DNA from: Bdellovibrionales bacterium
GTDB taxonomy: Bacteria; Bdellovibrionota; UBA1018; CAIMNF01
Assembly: GCA_040380025.1 (NCBI GenBank)
Contig: JBEIJY010000038.1
Span: 1-19,174, forward strand
DNA length: 19,174 nucleotides
Reading direction: 5' to 3'
A program made the position numbers and the translations under genes. Positions 17,279 to 19,174 of this stretch are shown here, piece after piece. The notes below the pieces were generated by a model. It did no database searches. It saw only the letters and a list, made by a program, of their open reading frames with translations, and was not told the origin of the DNA. Numbering within the stretch: the first letter of the stretch is position 1; the number at the start of each line of letters is the position of its first letter.

Positions 17279-18838
17279 ATGAAATTGATTCGATTGTCGG
17301 CCTGTCTTCTGGTTCTCTCCCAACTCCCCCAAATCGCCCTAGCGAACGTCTGCGATGATCTCTTGCATCTGCAAGCCGCCGGCCCCCGCGTGTATTTTCT
17401 CGACACGAATGTGCTGCTCTCGGAGCCGGATGCATTCCTCGGGTTCAAGCGCGGCGAGACTGTGGTCATCCCCGAGCAGGTGATCCGCGAGATCGAAGCA
17501 AAAAAGACCGATTCCGACCTTGGCGTCAAGGCGCGCGAGTTCTTTCGCCTGCTCGATGAGCACACCGGTGCCGGCGCCCTGAAGAATGGCGTGATTCTGC
17601 CGAATGGTTCCAAACTCGAGTTCGCGACGGTTTCTCCCGTGACCGAGGCAAGCCCGGCCGCGATTCAGGGGCTCGATCTCACTCCGGCCGGAAACCCCGA
17701 CAATCGGATTCTTGCCGCGATGATCGAGTACCGCGAAAAAAATCCCGCCGCTGATTTCATGTTCCTCTCGCACGACAACGCGTTTCGCATTCTGGCCCGG
17801 GTGAACGAGTTCCCGGTGGGACGCTTCAGCGAGCAGTACCGGACGGTGGTGCCGGTCTCGAATGACGAGCTCATTTATTCGGGCCTGAAAAAGCACATCC
17901 TGTCTGAGCAGGAGCTGGACGAGTTCCGCACCCTCGGCACCATGGAAGTTTCGGATCCTTCGCTGTTTTATGACAACCAGTTCGTGATCCTGAAGGATCA
18001 GGAGTTTACACTGCTTGATCCTTACAAGCCTGCGACTCCCGACAACCAAAGATTGGTCAGCGAAGCCATCGTGGCGCGGTACCGGAGTGCGGACCAGACC
18101 CTGAATCACTTGAAGGTCAAAAAGACCACGAAGATCAAAACCATTTTGCCAAAAAATCTGGAACAGCGCCTGGCGCTCGACCTGTTGATGGATCCTTCGG
18201 TCACGATGGTGTCGATTTTCGGGAAGGCCGGTTCGGGCAAAACCCTCCTCACCATGGCGGCGGCACTCGAGCAACTCGACAAAAAAGTGTACGAGAAGAT
18301 TTATTATGCCAAGGCGCATGAGCTCGTGGGCGGCAAAGACAAGCTCGGGTTCCTGAAAGGCTCGTATGACGAGAAAACCGGGCCGTATCATGAGTCTTTT
18401 GTCGACAACCTCGAGGTGATCTTCGGCCTGAACCAGGTTGCGGCCCTGAAGAAGAGACTCAATAACTCGCCCAATGACGTGCTTCGCGAGTTCGGTATGG
18501 AGCCGATCAAGATCCTGTATTCCCGCGGCCGAAGCATCACCAAATCCTTCATCATCATCGATGAGGCGCAGAACCTGACGGCGCAGGAGCTGAAGACCCT
18601 CGGAACCCGGGTGGGCGAGGGCTCGAAGATCGTCCTGATGGGCGATCTGGGCCAGATCGACCTCGCCGGAACGCGCGGGCCGCACATGAGCGCGTTCTTG
18701 AAGGCCGTGAATTCGGAGGCTTTCAAGCGAAGCGAGATCTCGGGGCATATTCAGCTGATGGAAGGGCTTCGCTCGAAGACGACGGATCTGTTCAATGATA
18801 TTTTTGAAGAGATCGACCGCGGGGGCGCCCGCAAATAA
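17279..18838 (+). CDS. PIN-PhoH (PhoH2-like) RNase/ATPase with apparent N-terminal Sec signal peptide
   Basis: PIN motifs FLDTNVLL, VIREIE, PDNRIL and LSHD. PhoH motifs KNLEQ, Walker A GKAGSGKT, LGFLKG, RGRSI, Walker B IIDEAQN and MGDLGQID. A 37-aa N-terminal extension has n/h/c regions. Confidence 0.92.
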   Translation: MKLIRLSACLLVLSQLPQIALANVCDDLLHLQAAGPRVYFLDTNVLLSEPDAFLGFKRGETVVIPEQVIREIEAKKTDSDLGVKAREFFRLLDEHTGAGALKNGVILPNGSKLEFATVSPVTEASPAAIQGLDLTPAGNPDNRILAAMIEYREKNPAADFMFLSHDNAFRILARVNEFPVGRFSEQYRTVVPVSNDELIYSGLKKHILSEQELDEFRTLGTMEVSDPSLFYDNQFVILKDQEFTLLDPYKPATPDNQRLVSEAIVARYRSADQTLNHLKVKKTTKIKTILPKNLEQRLALDLLMDPSVTMVSIFGKAGSGKTLLTMAAALEQLDKKVYEKIYYAKAHELVGGKDKLGFLKGSYDEKTGPYHESFVDNLEVIFGLNQVAALKKRLNNSPNDVLREFGMEPIKILYSRGRSITKSFIIIDEAQNLTAQELKTLGTRVGEGSKIVLMGDLGQIDLAGTRGPHMSAFLKAVNSEAFKRSEISGHIQLMEGLRSKTTDLFNDIFEEIDRGGARK

Positions 18839-18855
18839 CCCCAACTGCCCCCTTT
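18839..18855 (-). repeat. Right copy of motif AAAGGGGGCAGTTGGGG; probable 3' end of the IS-like element
   Basis: Directly abuts the PIN-PhoH TAA, lies 46 bp downstream of the transposase stop, and is the inverted match to 96-113. It forms a stem with AAGGGGGG at 18870-18877. Confidence 0.6.
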
Positions 18856-18901
18856 CGCTGTTCCTAAACAAGGGGGGTGAGGGGCTCAGATCGAGCTCAC
18901 C

Positions 18902-19174
18902 TCACCCGAGAAGCACCGTGTTGTGATACCGGACGTAAAGAGCCAGGTGATCCATGAGCCGATCCTTCAGCTTGGTCGTGCACCAGGTTTTTCGGAAGAT
19001 CCGGTTGATGTTCGCACGTAGCATCTCGCAGGGGTGGTTGAGCGAGAAGAGCGGATCAAAGCCGCCTCTCTTGATCTCCCCTTGCCCCGTGTTCGAGCCC
19101 CGGCGGCCCGGGTGCCGAATGTGCTTTGCCTGAGGTAGGTGTTTTTTCACAAACATTGGATAATGCGGATTCTG
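18902..19174 (-). CDS. C-terminal fragment of an IS1-like transposase (partial; frame open to the window edge)
   Basis: Reads QNPHYPMFVKKH...DPLFSLNHPCEMLRANINRIFRKTWCTTK...HLALYVRYHN, which aligns without gaps to the IS1-family pattern ERxNxxLRxxxxRLxRKTxCFSK...YYN as I recall it. Confidence 0.65.
   Translation of the reverse strand, partial: QNPHYPMFVKKHLPQAKHIRHPGRRGSNTGQGEIKRGGFDPLFSLNHPCEMLRANINRIFRKTWCTTKLKDRLMDHLALYVRYHNTVLLG

Larger units (their letters stand above)
18839..19174 (-). mobile_element. 3' part of an IS1/IS1595-like insertion sequence (truncated by the window edge)
   Basis: Transposase-like C-terminus plus a terminal motif that recurs at the other end of the window. Confidence 0.55.

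Noticed and set aside
17294..17305. LSAC lipobox-like motif at residues 6-9 of the PIN-PhoH protein
   Set aside because: Too close to the start, with no hydrophobic region before the Cys. An SPI site at ALA|N fits better.
96..18855. The whole window as a composite transposon or genomic island
   Set aside because: The cargo is core metabolism (TCA cycle, ndk, murB) with no obvious compositional break and no visible target-site duplication. Independent insertions or contig breaks explain the flanking motifs more simply.

Overview
GC-rich bacterial window of mostly housekeeping genes; gene content and style suggest a Bdellovibrionota/Oligoflexia- or myxobacterium-like organism (inference only). 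Order: RluA-family pseudouridine synthase (-), rocD, mdh-sucC-sucD-ndk, a helical protein with a Lys/Ala/Pro-rich tail, Bcp peroxiredoxin with a histone-H1-like N-terminus, a hypothetical, system II cytochrome c biogenesis genes (ResB/CcsB-like and CcsA), murB, a hypothetical, a minus-strand tonB / TonB-dependent receptor / lipoprotein operon, an RlmM-like methyltransferase, a PIN-PhoH ATPase and the truncated 3' end of an IS1-like transposase. The most unusual items are: (1) the normally cytoplasmic PIN-PhoH RNase/ATPase carries an apparent Sec signal peptide, making it a candidate exported effector; (2) a near-identical 17-18 bp motif (AAAGGGGGCAGTT(T)GGGG) sits in inverted orientation at both window ends, each copy abutting a host stop codon, the right one just downstream of the transposase; (3) two adjacent genes carry H1-like basic tails, one fused to a peroxiredoxin. 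All calls come from reading motifs by eye; no database searches were run.
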